Assembly: GCF_041248615.1 (NCBI RefSeq) | Contig: NZ_CP158426.1 | DNA length: 64,000 bases | Source of the DNA: Escherichia coli | GTDB lineage: Bacteria > Pseudomonadota > Gammaproteobacteria > Enterobacterales > Enterobacteriaceae | Strand: one strand, 5' to 3' | Part shown: piece by piece, positions 31,987 to 42,798 of the stretch | Numbering within the stretch: the stretch's first letter is position 1 | Layout: every line of letters begins with the position of its first letter | Position numbers and translations under genes: made by a program | Notes under the pieces: model-generated | What the model was told of the DNA's origin: nothing | The model's database searches: none | The model's input: only the letters and a program-made list of their open reading frames with translations

Positions 31987-34638
31987 ATGAACGAACAATA
32001 TTCCGCATTGCGTAGTAATGTCAGTATGCTCGGCAAAGTGCTGGGAGAAACCATCAAGGATGCGTTGGGAGAACACATTCTTGAACGCGTAGAAACTATC
32101 CGTAAGTTGTCCAAATCTTCACGCGCTGGCAATGATGCTAACCGCCAGGAGTTGCTCACCACCTTACAAAATTTGTCGAACGACGAGCTGCTGCCCGTTG
32201 CGCGTGCGTTTAGTCAGTTTCTGAACCTGGCCAACACCGCCGAGCAATACCACAGCATTTCGCCGAAAGGCGAAGCTGCCAGCAACCCGGAAGTGATCGC
32301 CCGCACCCTGCGCAAACTGAAAAACCAGCCGGAACTGAGCGAAGACACCATCAAAAAAGCAGTGGAATCGCTGTCGCTGGAACTGGTCCTCACGGCTCAC
32401 CCAACCGAAATTACCCGTCGTACACTGATCCACAAAATGGTGGAAGTGAACGCCTGTTTAAAACAGCTCGATAACAAAGATATCGCTGACTACGAACACA
32501 ACCAGCTGATGCGCCGCCTGCGCCAGTTGATCGCCCAGTCATGGCATACCGATGAAATCCGTAAGCTGCGTCCAAGCCCGGTAGATGAAGCCAAATGGGG
32601 CTTTGCCGTAGTAGAAAACAGCCTGTGGCAAGGCGTACCGAATTACCTGCGCGAACTGAACGAACAACTGGAAGAGAACCTCGGCTACAAACTGCCCGTC
32701 GAATTTGTTCCGGTGCGTTTTACCTCGTGGATGGGCGGTGACCGCGACGGCAACCCGAACGTCACTGCCGATATCACCCGCCACGTCCTGCTGCTCAGTC
32801 GCTGGAAAGCCACCGATCTGTTCCTGAAAGATATTCAGGTGCTGGTTTCTGAACTGTCGATGGTTGAAGCAACCCCTGAACTGCTGGCGCTGGTCGGCGA
32901 AGAAGGTGCCGCAGAGCCGTATCGCTATCTGATGAAAAACCTGCGTTCTCGCCTGATGGCGACACAGGCATGGCTGGAAGCGCGCCTGAAAGGCGAAGAA
33001 CTGCCAAAACCAGAAGGCCTGCTGACACAAAACGAAGAACTGTGGGAACCGCTCTACGCTTGCTACCAGTCCCTTCAGGCATGTGGCATGGGTATTATCG
33101 CCAACGGCGATCTGCTCGACACTCTGCGTCGCGTGAAATGTTTCGGCGTACCGCTGGTGCGCATTGATATCCGCCAGGAGAGCACCCGCCATACCGAAGC
33201 ATTGGGCGAGCTGACCCGCTATCTCGGCATCGGCGATTATGAAAGCTGGTCAGAGGCCGACAAACAGGCATTCCTGATCCGCGAACTGAACTCCAAACGT
33301 CCGCTTCTGCCGCGCAACTGGCAACCAAGCGCCGAAACGCGCGAAGTGCTCGATACCTGCCAGGTGATTGCCGAAGCACCGCAAGGCTCCATTGCCGCCT
33401 ACGTGATCTCGATGGCGAAAACGCCGTCCGACGTGCTGGCTGTCCACCTGCTGCTGAAAGAAGCGGGTATCGGCTTTGCGATGCCGGTTGCTCCGCTGTT
33501 TGAAACTCTCGATGACCTGAACAACGCCAACGATGTCATGACTCAGCTACTGAATATCGACTGGTATCGCGGCCTGATTCAGGGCAAACAGATGGTGATG
33601 ATTGGCTATTCCGACTCAGCAAAAGATGCGGGCGTGATGGCGGCTTCCTGGGCGCAATATCAGGCACAGGATGCATTAATCAAAACCTGCGAAAAAGCGG
33701 GTATTGAACTGACTCTGTTCCACGGTCGCGGCGGTTCCATTGGTCGCGGCGGCGCACCTGCTCATGCGGCGCTGCTGTCACAACCGCCAGGAAGCCTGAA
33801 AGGCGGCCTGCGCGTGACTGAACAGGGCGAGATGATCCGCTTTAAATATGGTCTGCCAGAAATCACCGTCAGCAGCCTGTCGCTGTACACCGGGGCGATT
33901 CTGGAAGCCAACCTGCTGCCACCACCTGAGCCGAAAGAGAGCTGGCGTCGCATTATGGATGAACTGTCAGTCATCTCCTGCGATCTCTACCGTGGCTACG
34001 TACGTGAAAACAAAGATTTTGTGCCTTACTTCCGCTCCGCTACGCCGGAACAGGAACTGGGCAAACTGCCGTTGGGTTCACGTCCGGCGAAACGTCGCCC
34101 GACTGGCGGCGTCGAGTCGCTGCGCGCCATTCCGTGGATCTTCGCCTGGACGCAAAACCGCCTGATGCTCCCCGCCTGGCTGGGTGCAGGTACGGCGCTG
34201 CAAAAAGTGGTCGAAGATGGCAAACAGAGCGAGCTGGAGGCTATGTGCCGCGATTGGCCATTCTTCTCGACGCGTCTCGGCATGCTGGAGATGGTCTTCG
34301 CCAAAGCAGACCTGTGGCTGGCGGAATACTATGACCAACGTCTGGTAGACAAAGCACTGTGGCCGTTAGGTAAAGAGTTACGCAATCTGCAAGAAGAAGA
34401 CATCAAAGTGGTGCTGGCGATTGCCAACGATTCCCATCTGATGGCCGATCTGCCGTGGATTGCAGAGTCTATTCAGCTACGGAATATTTACACCGACCCG
34501 CTGAACGTATTGCAGGCCGAGTTGCTGCACCGCTCCCGCCAGGCAGAAAAAGAAGGCCATGAGCCGGATCCTCGCGTCGAGCAGGCGTTAATGGTCACTA
34601 TTGCCGGGATTGCGGCAGGTATGCGTAATACCGGCTAA
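31987..34638 (+). CDS. ppc: phosphoenolpyruvate carboxylase
   Basis: 883-aa product [89 protein letters not shown]... ending ...AGMRNTG. Confidence 0.97.
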   Translation: MNEQYSALRSNVSMLGKVLGETIKDALGEHILERVETIRKLSKSSRAGNDANRQELLTTLQNLSNDELLPVARAFSQFLNLANTAEQYHSISPKGEAASNPEVIARTLRKLKNQPELSEDTIKKAVESLSLELVLTAHPTEITRRTLIHKMVEVNACLKQLDNKDIADYEHNQLMRRLRQLIAQSWHTDEIRKLRPSPVDEAKWGFAVVENSLWQGVPNYLRELNEQLEENLGYKLPVEFVPVRFTSWMGGDRDGNPNVTADITRHVLLLSRWKATDLFLKDIQVLVSELSMVEATPELLALVGEEGAAEPYRYLMKNLRSRLMATQAWLEARLKGEELPKPEGLLTQNEELWEPLYACYQSLQACGMGIIANGDLLDTLRRVKCFGVPLVRIDIRQESTRHTEALGELTRYLGIGDYESWSEADKQAFLIRELNSKRPLLPRNWQPSAETREVLDTCQVIAEAPQGSIAAYVISMAKTPSDVLAVHLLLKEAGIGFAMPVAPLFETLDDLNNANDVMTQLLNIDWYRGLIQGKQMVMIGYSDSAKDAGVMAASWAQYQAQDALIKTCEKAGIELTLFHGRGGSIGRGGAPAHAALLSQPPGSLKGGLRVTEQGEMIRFKYGLPEITVSSLSLYTGAILEANLLPPPEPKESWRRIMDELSVISCDLYRGYVRENKDFVPYFRSATPEQELGKLPLGSRPAKRRPTGGVESLRAIPWIFAWTQNRLMLPAWLGAGTALQKVVEDGKQSELEAMCRDWPFFSTRLGMLEMVFAKADLWLAEYYDQRLVDKALWPLGKELRNLQEEDIKVVLAIANDSHLMADLPWIAESIQLRNIYTDPLNVLQAELLHRSRQAEKEGHEPDPRVEQALMVTIAGIAAGMRNTG

Positions 34639-34654
34639 TCTTCCTCTCCTGCAA

Positions 34655-34685
34655 ACCCTCGTGCTTTTGCGCGAGGGTTTTCTGA
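34655..34685 (+). terminator. rho-independent terminator after ppc
   Basis: Hairpin aaccctcgtgc-tttt-gcgcgagggtttt followed by T-rich tract. Confidence 0.7.
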
Positions 34686-34820
34686 AATACTTCTGTTCTA
34701 ACACCCTCGTTTTCAATATATTTCTGTCTGCATTTTATTCAAATTCTGGATATCCCTTCAGATATCCTTAAGGAATTGTCGTTACATTCGGCGATATTTT
34801 TTTCAAGACAGGTTCTTACT

Positions 34821-36554
34821 ATGCATTCCACAGAAGTCCAGGCTAAACCCCTTTTTAGCTGGAAAGCCCTGGGTTGGGCACTGCTCTACTTTTGGTTTTT
34901 CTCTACTCTGCTACAGGCCATTATTTACATCAGTGGTTATAGTGGCACTAACGGCATTCGCGACTCGCTGTTATTCAGTTCGCTGTGGTTGATCCCGGTA
35001 TTCCTCTTTCCGAAGCGGATCAAAATTATTGCCGCAGTGATCGGCGTGGTGCTATGGGCGGCCTCTCTGGCGGCGCTGTGCTACTACGTCATCTACGGTC
35101 AGGAGTTCTCGCAGAGCGTTCTGTTTGTGATGTTTGAAACCAACACCAACGAAGCCAGCGAGTATTTAAGCCAGTATTTCAGCCTGAAAATTGTGCTTAT
35201 CGCGCTGGCCTATACGGCAGTGGCAGTTCTGCTGTGGACACGCCTGCGCCCGGTCTATATTCCAAAGCCGTGGCGTTATGTTGTCTCTTTTGCCCTACTT
35301 TATGGCTTGATTCTGCATCCGATCGCCATGAATACGTTTATCAAAAACAAGCCGTTTGAGAAAACGTTGGATAACCTGGCATCGCGTATGGAGCCTGCCG
35401 CACCGTGGCAATTCCTGACCGGCTATTATCAGTATCGTCAGCAACTAAACTCGCTAACAAAGCTACTGAATGAAAATAATGCCTTGCCGCCGCTGGCGAA
35501 TTTCAAAGATGAATCGGGTAACGAACCGCGCACTTTAGTGCTGGTGATTGGCGAGTCGACCCAGCGTGGCCGCATGAGTCTGTACGGTTATCCGCGTGAA
35601 ACCACGCCGGAGCTGGATGCGCTGCATAAAACCGATCCGAATCTGACCGTGTTTAATAACGTGGTGACGTCTCGTCCTTACACCATTGAAATACTGCAAC
35701 AGGCGCTGACCTTTGCCAATGAAAAGAACCCGGACCTGTACCTGACACAGCCGTCGCTGATGAACATGATGAAACAGGCGGGTTATAAAACCTTCTGGAT
35801 CACCAACCAGCAGACGATGACCGCCCGCAATACCATGCTGACGGTATTTTCGCGCCAGACCGACAAGCAGTACTACATGAACCAGCAACGTACGCAGAGT
35901 GCGCGTGAATACGACACCAACGTGCTGAAGCCGTTCCAGGAAGTGCTGAAGGACCCTGCGCCGAAGAAACTGATCATCGTTCATCTGCTGGGTACGCATA
36001 TCAAGTACAAGTACCGTTATCCGGAAGATCAGGGCAAATTTGACGGTAATACAGAGCATGTTCCACCGGGATTAAACGCAGAAGAGCTGGAGTCATATAA
36101 TGATTATGACAATGCTAACCTGTACAACGATCACGTGGTTGCCAGCCTGATTAAAGACTTTAAAGCAGCAGACCCGAACGGTTTCCTGGTTTATTTCTCT
36201 GACCACGGTGAAGAGGTTTACGACACGCCGCCGCACAAAACTCAGGGGCGTAATGAAGACAACCCGACGCGTCATATGTACACCATTCCGTTCCTGCTGT
36301 GGACGTCAGAAAAATGGCAAGCGACTCATCCGCGTGATTTCTCACAGGATGTTGATCGTAAATACAGCCTGGCGGAACTGATCCACACCTGGTCAGATTT
36401 GGCGGGCTTATCTTACGACGGTTACGATCCAACCCGTTCAGTGGTGAATCCGCAGTTCAAAGAAACTACCCGCTGGATTGGTAACCCGTACAAGAAAAAC
36501 GCGCTGATCGATTACGACACGCTGCCATATGGCGACCAGGTAGGTAATCAGTAA
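34821..36554 (+). CDS. eptC: phosphoethanolamine transferase (577 aa)
   Basis: Product from MHSTEVQAKPLFSWKALGWALLYFWFFSTLLQAIIYISGYSG... with N-terminal TM helices and C-terminal sulfatase-like domain; track ORF over-extended by 15 codons. Confidence 0.93.
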   Translation: MHSTEVQAKPLFSWKALGWALLYFWFFSTLLQAIIYISGYSGTNGIRDSLLFSSLWLIPVFLFPKRIKIIAAVIGVVLWAASLAALCYYVIYGQEFSQSVLFVMFETNTNEASEYLSQYFSLKIVLIALAYTAVAVLLWTRLRPVYIPKPWRYVVSFALLYGLILHPIAMNTFIKNKPFEKTLDNLASRMEPAAPWQFLTGYYQYRQQLNSLTKLLNENNALPPLANFKDESGNEPRTLVLVIGESTQRGRMSLYGYPRETTPELDALHKTDPNLTVFNNVVTSRPYTIEILQQALTFANEKNPDLYLTQPSLMNMMKQAGYKTFWITNQQTMTARNTMLTVFSRQTDKQYYMNQQRTQSAREYDTNVLKPFQEVLKDPAPKKLIIVHLLGTHIKYKYRYPEDQGKFDGNTEHVPPGLNAEELESYNDYDNANLYNDHVVASLIKDFKAADPNGFLVYFSDHGEEVYDTPPHKTQGRNEDNPTRHMYTIPFLLWTSEKWQATHPRDFSQDVDRKYSLAELIHTWSDLAGLSYDGYDPTRSVVNPQFKETTRWIGNPYKKNALIDYDTLPYGDQVGNQ

Positions 36555-36627
36555 ATGACCTTTGTATCGCGTCTGGCGCTATTTGCCGGATGCGATACTG
36601 TCGCAATGTTTACATCGAACTCCCCTC

Positions 36628-36656
36628 AGGCCACACTTTTCAGGTGGCCTTTTTTA
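36628..36656 (+). terminator. rho-independent terminator after eptC
   Basis: Hairpin aggccacac-tttt-caggtggcct followed by TTTTTT. Confidence 0.7.
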
Positions 36657-36702
36657 ATAATGCCAGTTACTGTTTTCTCGTCTACATACCTAAGGGAATA
36701 AC

Positions 36703-37554
36703 ATGTATCACGACGTCAGCTATCTGCTCTCCCGCCTGATCAACGGCCCGCTGTCCCTGCGCCAGATTTACTTTGCCAGCAGTAACGGCCCGGTGCCCGA
36801 TCTTGCGTATCAGGTCGATTTTCCACGACTGGAAATTGTGCTGGAAGGTGAGTTTGTTGATACCGGCGCTGGAGCAACGTTAGTTCCCGGCGATGTACTA
36901 TACGTTCCCGCTGGTGGCTGGAATTTTCCACAATGGCAAGCCCCCGCTACTACCTTTAGCGTGCTGTTTGGCAAACAGCAACTCGGCTTCAGCGTCGTGC
37001 AATGGGATGGCAAACAATATCAAAATCTGGCGAAGCAACACGTCGCCCGACGCGGCCCACGCATAGGTTCCTTTCTGCTACAAACGCTCAATGAAATGCA
37101 AATGCAGCCGCAGGAGCAGCAAACGGCAAGGCTTATCGTCGCCAGCCTGCTTAGCCACTGCCGCGATTTGCTTGGCAGCCAAATCCAGACCGCCTCACGC
37201 AGCCAGGCACTATTCGAAGCTATTCGCGATTATATCGACGAACGCTATGCCTCCGCGCTTACCCGCGAATCTGTCGCACAGGCATTCTATATTTCGCCAA
37301 ATTACCTCTCGCACCTGTTTCAAAAAACGGGGGCCATTGGTTTTAACGAATACCTGAATCACACGCGACTGGAGCACGCTAAGACGTTATTGAAAGGCTA
37401 TGACCTGAAGGTAAAAGAAGTGGCGCACGCCTGCGGCTTTGTCGACAGCAACTACTTCTGCCGTCTGTTTCGTAAAAATACCGAACGCTCACCGTCGGAA
37501 TATCGTCGGCAGTACCACAGCCAACTGACAGAAAAACCGACTACTCCAGAATGA
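36703..37554 (+). CDS. yijO: AraC/XylS-family transcriptional regulator
   Basis: 283-aa product MYHDVSYLLSRLINGPLSLRQIYFASSNGPVPDLAYQVDFPRLEIVLEGEFVD... with C-terminal AraC-type HTH (...NYFCRLFRKNTERSPSEYRRQY). Confidence 0.92.
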   Translation: MYHDVSYLLSRLINGPLSLRQIYFASSNGPVPDLAYQVDFPRLEIVLEGEFVDTGAGATLVPGDVLYVPAGGWNFPQWQAPATTFSVLFGKQQLGFSVVQWDGKQYQNLAKQHVARRGPRIGSFLLQTLNEMQMQPQEQQTARLIVASLLSHCRDLLGSQIQTASRSQALFEAIRDYIDERYASALTRESVAQAFYISPNYLSHLFQKTGAIGFNEYLNHTRLEHAKTLLKGYDLKVKEVAHACGFVDSNYFCRLFRKNTERSPSEYRRQYHSQLTEKPTTPE

Positions 37555-37882
37555 GATGGGTTTGCTGCGGCGCAGAAAGCACTTTGCGTACCGCGCTCAT
37601 CACCCGCTGCGGCTCACGCAGGAAAGCGTAGATGCTGCATTGCACATAGCGGCAATGTTCAAATCGCTCAGCACCGGCAAGCTCGATATCCGTAATCAAC
37701 AGCGCAACATCCGCCCGGCGGATATCCTCGTCCGCTAAACGATTCTCCGTTCCCAACGCGCCCTGGGTTTCAATGCTGACGCCCCACTTCTCTAACTGGC
37801 ACAACTTTTCCAGCCGTTCCGCCGCCATATATGTATGCGCCACGCCGCTTACGCAGGCGGTTACTGCCACCAGGTATGCCAT
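37541..37882 (-). CDS. frwD: PTS fructose-like EIIB component 2 (113 aa)
   Basis: Product from MAYLVAVTACVSGVAHTYMAAERLEKLCQLEKWGVSIETQGALGTENRLADEDIRRADVALLITDIEL...; track ORF over-extended by 28 codons; 14-bp convergent overlap with yijO. Confidence 0.9.
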   Translation of the reverse strand: MAYLVAVTACVSGVAHTYMAAERLEKLCQLEKWGVSIETQGALGTENRLADEDIRRADVALLITDIELAGAERFEHCRYVQCSIYAFLREPQRVMSAVRKVLSAPQQTHLILE

Positions 37883-37883
37883 T

Positions 37884-38762
37884 TTAACCTCCCACGGTAA
37901 CCTGAAATCCGGCCCATTCTGCCATTTCACGCATCGTTGCCACATCGGCTGACGACGGCGCAGCAACCTCTTTCATCGACCATGTTTTCCCCAGCAGGCG
38001 GTATTTCGGCTCGCCGTACTGATGAAACGGTAACAGATGGATCTGCTTGATATTCAGCGGGATCAGCACGTCCAGCGCCTGCTGCATATTCTCCCGGCTG
38101 AGCGTGAAACCAGGGATCAGCGGTAAACGCGGGATCACGTTGACGCCCTCACTCACCAGCAAACGCAGATTCTCCAGCACGCGTGGCAGATTCATCTTCA
38201 CCACATCCCGCGCCTGAGTCGCGTCCATAATTTTTAAATCGAACAACACTTCATCGCACAATTTCGCCAGCGGTAGCAGCTTGCTGGCTGGCGCGTCTCC
38301 GGCAGTTTCAATGGCGCATGACACGCCCCACAACCGCAGCCGCTGTAAAAAACGGGTAGCAAACTCCGCCTGCATTAACACTTCGCCGCCAGAAAGCGTG
38401 ACGCCGCCGCCGGACGTGCGAAAGAAAATGTCATCTTTCATCACTTCACGTTCCAGCGCGTCAAGGCTGATATCGCGGCCAATCCGTTCAAACGCCCCGG
38501 AGGGGCATTCATCCGCATCACGCAAACATTTCGCACAGTGCAGACATTTCGCCTCTCTGCGTACCGTCTGGATTTTGCCGGAGATCGACTCCGGATTAGC
38601 ACACCATGGGCAAAGATGCGGACAGCCTTTAAAAAAGACCACCGTACGAATGCCCTCGCCGTCATTCAGTGAATAACGCTGAATGTTGAAAATGCGCGCC
38701 ACATCATTGCGGCGCGTTTCCACAACGTTACAGCTGATGCGCTGTCCGGCGGATGATGTCAT
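37884..38762 (-). CDS. pflC: pyruvate formate-lyase 2 activating enzyme (radical SAM, 292 aa)
   Basis: Product from MTSSAGQRISCNVVETRRNDVARIFNIQRYSLNDGEGIRTVVFFKGCPHLCPWCANPESIS... (CxxxCxxC radical-SAM cluster motif); start overlaps pflD 3' end. Confidence 0.93.
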   Translation of the reverse strand: MTSSAGQRISCNVVETRRNDVARIFNIQRYSLNDGEGIRTVVFFKGCPHLCPWCANPESISGKIQTVRREAKCLHCAKCLRDADECPSGAFERIGRDISLDALEREVMKDDIFFRTSGGGVTLSGGEVLMQAEFATRFLQRLRLWGVSCAIETAGDAPASKLLPLAKLCDEVLFDLKIMDATQARDVVKMNLPRVLENLRLLVSEGVNVIPRLPLIPGFTLSRENMQQALDVLIPLNIKQIHLLPFHQYGEPKYRLLGKTWSMKEVAAPSSADVATMREMAEWAGFQVTVGG

Positions 38763-41025
38763 CCTGGATCTCCTTCGACAATTCGACAAAGAAGGCGCTG
38801 TATCCGGCAACGCGCACCACCAGCCCGGCATAATCTTGTGGGCGCTGTTGCGCTTCCCGCAACGTGTCGGCGTTCACCACGTTAAACTGAATGTGTTGTA
38901 ACTTAAGCTGGGTAAATGCCCGTAAGAAGTCGGCCAGTTTGCGTAATCCCGCTTCACCTTCCAGGGTCGCCGGAGTGAATTTCACGTTCAGCAACGTACC
39001 GTTAGACAGCAGCGTATTATCGAGCTTACTGACTGACTTCAGTACCGCCGTTGGCCCTTGTGCGTCCTGACCCAGCATAGGTGACAAGCCGCCGTCTGCC
39101 AGTTGTTCCCCGGCAAAACGACCGTCTAGCGTCGCGCCAACCACCGATCCCAACGGGACGTGAGCAGAAACGGTATACGATCCCGGCGTGAAGTAGCCGC
39201 CGCGCGGGTTCTGGTATTTTTCCACTTCTTTGCAGTAGTGGCGTAACAGTTCGGCGCTGATGTTATCCACCTCGTCGATATCGTTACCGTATTTCTCGAA
39301 GCGGTTAATTAAGCGAGCACGGACTTTTTCGCCTTCTGGCGTTGCGAAGTTGGCTTTTAATACCGACAGCAATTCGTCAAAACTTAAACGCTGTTGCTCA
39401 AAAATCATACCTTTCAACGCATGGAGAGAATCGCTCAGGTTGGCGATACCGATCCCCTGTACGCCGGAGAAGTTATAACGCGCACCGCCATCGGTAATAT
39501 CGCGGCCTTTTTCCAGACAATCGCTGATAAAAGACGAGAGCAGCGGTACAGGTGCCCAGTCACGGTGACCGATATCGCAAATATTGCTGCCCTCAACCAT
39601 CAGGGTGATGTAGTGGCTGATCTTGGCGCGGATCTGCTCCAGTAAACCTTCATAAGTCAGCGCAGCATTGCCTTCATTTTCATGCAGGCAGATTTCCATC
39701 ACTTTCAGCAGATTAAACATCGCGATGTCATGCAAGCCGTAGGTTCTGCCGGGAATAGATAATTCCACACAGCCCACTACGGAATAGTCGCGCGCATCTT
39801 CCAGCGAAACGCCACGGTTGAGGAACGCTGGCACTACCACTTCATCGTTAAAGATTTGCGGAATACCGGTGCCGAGGCGAATGGTTTCTGCGGTTTTCAT
39901 CAGGAACGGCGTGTCGATCAAGGCGTTAGTGCGCACCCCCAGGTTCGGTTGCGGTAATTGCACGCTTTGATAAGCGTCAAGGCAAAGGAACGAAAGCACG
40001 TTCACCGCGCTACGTCCGTTCTCGGTTAACCCGCCGAGCAGTGCGGTATAGCCGGTCGGGAAACCGGCGAAATAACGCGCGCTACTGGTGGAGCGCAACA
40101 GCACGATGTCGTTGCATTTCACCCATAAAGATTCGAGCAGTTCTTTCAGGAACGCCGGATCTTCGCCCTGGGTTAAAGATGCCTGATAGAACGGCAACAT
40201 ATACTGGTCGAAGCGCCCTAAAGACAGCGAACTGGCGTTGGATTCGTATTGCAGAATGATGTTCATGTACCAGAATAACTGGCACGCCTGCCAGAACGTC
40301 TGCGGCTTATGTTCGGCGTTATGGCGAGAGATCTCCGCAATAGTCAGCAGTTCTTCGCGACGCTGGGCATCTGTGCAGTTTGCCGCCATCGTTTCCGCCA
40401 GTTCGGCGTAACGCAAAATGTGTTTCTGCGAGGCTTCGAGCAGTAACAGCGCTGCCTGATAAAAGTGATTCTCCGGCTGTTGCTGACAATGTTGCTGCAT
40501 CTGCGCTACCAGCTCACCCAGCCCGTGATTCAGCAGGCGCGGGTAATCAATAATAATGTGCCCCTGGCCTTTATCCGTCTGGTTGATGCTGAAAATCTGC
40601 GTGCTGGTCGCGGCTTTTACTTCATCCGTCATCTGCCCGTTGATGAAATCTTTCATCGAACGTTTTTCCCAGTACGGGAACAACTCTTCACGGTAGATAC
40701 GTTTATCTTCTTCGCTGATAGCAAAGCGGTCCTGCGGACGCGTCGGGAATTGATCCAGCTCTTTCAGCAGCCAGTAAGGGTCCATTTCCGGCGACATAAT
40801 TCCGGCGCGCGGTTTCACCGTACGGTTACCGGCAATCAGTTCTTCATCACGAATCGATATTTCAACATGTTCAAGGATATACGCTGTTGCTTTCGCCCGG
40901 CGCAATATCACCGGTTCGCCTTCGGTTTGCCGATGGCTGGCGGTATAAAGCAGCGCCCGCTCCAGCGAGATTTCACGGGTATTGGCAAACAGTGCAGTTT
41001 TGAGGCGAGAGATACGATTCGTCAT
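38728..41025 (-). CDS. pflD: pyruvate formate-lyase-like glycyl radical enzyme
   Basis: 765-aa product MTNRISRLKTALFANTREISLERALLYTASHRQTEGEPVILRRAKATAYILEHVEISIRDEELIAGNRTVKPRAG... with C-terminal glycyl radical motif region (...VVRVAGYSAFFVELSKEIQDDIIRRTAHQL). Confidence 0.96.
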   Translation of the reverse strand: MTNRISRLKTALFANTREISLERALLYTASHRQTEGEPVILRRAKATAYILEHVEISIRDEELIAGNRTVKPRAGIMSPEMDPYWLLKELDQFPTRPQDRFAISEEDKRIYREELFPYWEKRSMKDFINGQMTDEVKAATSTQIFSINQTDKGQGHIIIDYPRLLNHGLGELVAQMQQHCQQQPENHFYQAALLLLEASQKHILRYAELAETMAANCTDAQRREELLTIAEISRHNAEHKPQTFWQACQLFWYMNIILQYESNASSLSLGRFDQYMLPFYQASLTQGEDPAFLKELLESLWVKCNDIVLLRSTSSARYFAGFPTGYTALLGGLTENGRSAVNVLSFLCLDAYQSVQLPQPNLGVRTNALIDTPFLMKTAETIRLGTGIPQIFNDEVVVPAFLNRGVSLEDARDYSVVGCVELSIPGRTYGLHDIAMFNLLKVMEICLHENEGNAALTYEGLLEQIRAKISHYITLMVEGSNICDIGHRDWAPVPLLSSFISDCLEKGRDITDGGARYNFSGVQGIGIANLSDSLHALKGMIFEQQRLSFDELLSVLKANFATPEGEKVRARLINRFEKYGNDIDEVDNISAELLRHYCKEVEKYQNPRGGYFTPGSYTVSAHVPLGSVVGATLDGRFAGEQLADGGLSPMLGQDAQGPTAVLKSVSKLDNTLLSNGTLLNVKFTPATLEGEAGLRKLADFLRAFTQLKLQHIQFNVVNADTLREAQQRPQDYAGLVVRVAGYSAFFVELSKEIQDDIIRRTAHQL

Positions 41026-41075
41026 GAGGAACTCCTGTGGGAAAGCGAACCCGCCCTTACGGGCGGGATAAGAAC

Positions 41076-41396
41076 TTAAGCGGTTTGTGCCAGGTGAGCT
41101 TCAATTTTGCTCATAATGGCATCAGCGCGTTTTACCGCGTCGCTGATGTTGACGCGCACGATGGTCTTGCCAGCAAAACGCTCTTCAAACTTGATGCCGA
41201 TATCTTTGGTCAGAATCACCATATCGGCGCTCGCCACGTCTTCCGCAGTCAGTTCATTTTCCAGACCAATCGAGCCCTGGGTTTCTACTTTCACTTCCCA
41301 GCCTTTCGCTTTCGCGGCACTTTCCAGCGCCTCTGCCGCCATATAGGTATGGGCAACACCAGATGGACACGCGGTTACTGCAATAATTTTCGTCAT
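41076..41396 (-). CDS. frwB: PTS fructose-like EIIB component 1
   Basis: 106-aa product MTKIIAVTACPSGVAHTYMAAEALESAAKAKGWEVKVETQGSIGLENELTAEDVASADMVILTKDIGIKFEERFAGKTIVRVNISDAVKRADAIMSKIEAHLAQTA. Confidence 0.95.
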   Translation of the reverse strand: MTKIIAVTACPSGVAHTYMAAEALESAAKAKGWEVKVETQGSIGLENELTAEDVASADMVILTKDIGIKFEERFAGKTIVRVNISDAVKRADAIMSKIEAHLAQTA

Positions 41397-41410
41397 GGCT
41401 CGTTCCTCAA

Positions 41411-42490
41411 TTAATTAATTTCAAAATCCAAATCCAGGTCGTCTTCTTTTTCATCAGTCGAAGACCCATTATTACGCGCCAGACTTTTCAGCACGTTCAC
41501 GCAGACTGCCGTCACAACCGCCCCGACAGCCACTGCTGCGATATAACCCAGCTTGCCTTCAACCACCGGCAGCACAATCAGACCGCCCCAGCCTGCATAG
41601 CACTGCGCACCGACCAGCGCCGCAGTTACTGCACCACAAACTGAACCGACCATGATGGAAGGAATAACACGCAGCGGATCGGCAGCGGCGAAAGGAATCG
41701 CCCCTTCAGTAACCCCAACGCACCCCATCACCAACGCCGCCTTGCCGGTTTCGCGCTCTTCTGCGGAGAAATTTTTACGACCAATCAGCGTCGCCAGCCC
41801 CATCCCCAGCGGCGGGATACAAATACCCACGGCAGCAATGGCCACCACGGTATATACACCCTGAGCAACGCAAATCAGCATGAAGGCATAGGCCACTTTG
41901 TTAACCGGACCGCCCATATCGAACGCCAGCATCAGACCCATGATCACCGCCAGCATAACAATGCTGCCCTGCTGCATCCCCTGAAGCCACTGAGTCAGGC
42001 TGTTGGTCAATGCCCCCACAGGCTCGCCCAGCCCCCACATCATGATGCCTGCGGTAATCAGTGTGCCGACGATCGGAATGATGAAGATTGGCATCACCGA
42101 GCGCAGAACTTTATGCACCGGAATTTTCTTCAGGTAATGCACCACGATGCCGCCAATAATCCCGGCGATCAGCGCACCAAAGAAGCCCGCACCAAAGCTG
42201 TTGCCGACCCAGGCACCGATAGCGCACGGGGCCAGCGCAGAGCGTTCTGCAATGGAATAACCAATGTAAGCAGCGAGGAAAGGCACCATCAGCGTCAAAC
42301 CTGCAACGCCGATATCAAACAGTTTTTTCAGATTCGGATCGGCTACGGCATCCGGCACTGCGCCTTTGCCATACAACATGACGGAAACCGCCAGCAAAAT
42401 ACCGCCCGATACCACGAAGGGAATCATGTGTGAAACGCCCGTCATTAAGTGCTGACGGGTATTTTTCAGGATCTGCACCAACTCATTCAT
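41411..42490 (-). CDS. frwC: PTS fructose-like EIIC permease (359 aa)
   Basis: Polytopic membrane product from MNELVQILKNTRQHLMTGVSHMIPFVVSGGILLAVSVMLYGKGAVPDAVADPNLKKLFDIGVAG...; track ORF over-extended by 7 codons. Confidence 0.93.
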   Translation of the reverse strand: MNELVQILKNTRQHLMTGVSHMIPFVVSGGILLAVSVMLYGKGAVPDAVADPNLKKLFDIGVAGLTLMVPFLAAYIGYSIAERSALAPCAIGAWVGNSFGAGFFGALIAGIIGGIVVHYLKKIPVHKVLRSVMPIFIIPIVGTLITAGIMMWGLGEPVGALTNSLTQWLQGMQQGSIVMLAVIMGLMLAFDMGGPVNKVAYAFMLICVAQGVYTVVAIAAVGICIPPLGMGLATLIGRKNFSAEERETGKAALVMGCVGVTEGAIPFAAADPLRVIPSIMVGSVCGAVTAALVGAQCYAGWGGLIVLPVVEGKLGYIAAVAVGAVVTAVCVNVLKSLARNNGSSTDEKEDDLDLDFEIN

Positions 42491-42798
42491 AAGCTGCTCC
42501 CGGGCTTGCAAAAGCCCATGTCCATATTTTTGATGGAGGAAACAATAGGCAATCGCAGGCGGAGCAAACAGTGGATAAAAAGGCCATTTACTGGACTTTT
42601 GTAATATCAGTACAAAAATGCGATCCGCCTCATAACTTGCGGCAACCCGGAAGCATGCCGCAAAACGGCGTCTTGTGAGACGCGTCGCAAATTGACGGTT
42701 ACATTACATTTGTCCAGCTTTTGGCAGATTTGTCACATGGCAGGCCGTTGCCGTGCGCTCTTATCCTGTAAACAGAAAACCGTACCGGGAGAGAGGCA

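Noticed and set aside
32539-33192. 217-aa minus-strand ORF and several overlapping ORFs inside ppc
   Set aside because: Embedded antisense in a full-length conserved ppc; no independent start context or recognisable product.
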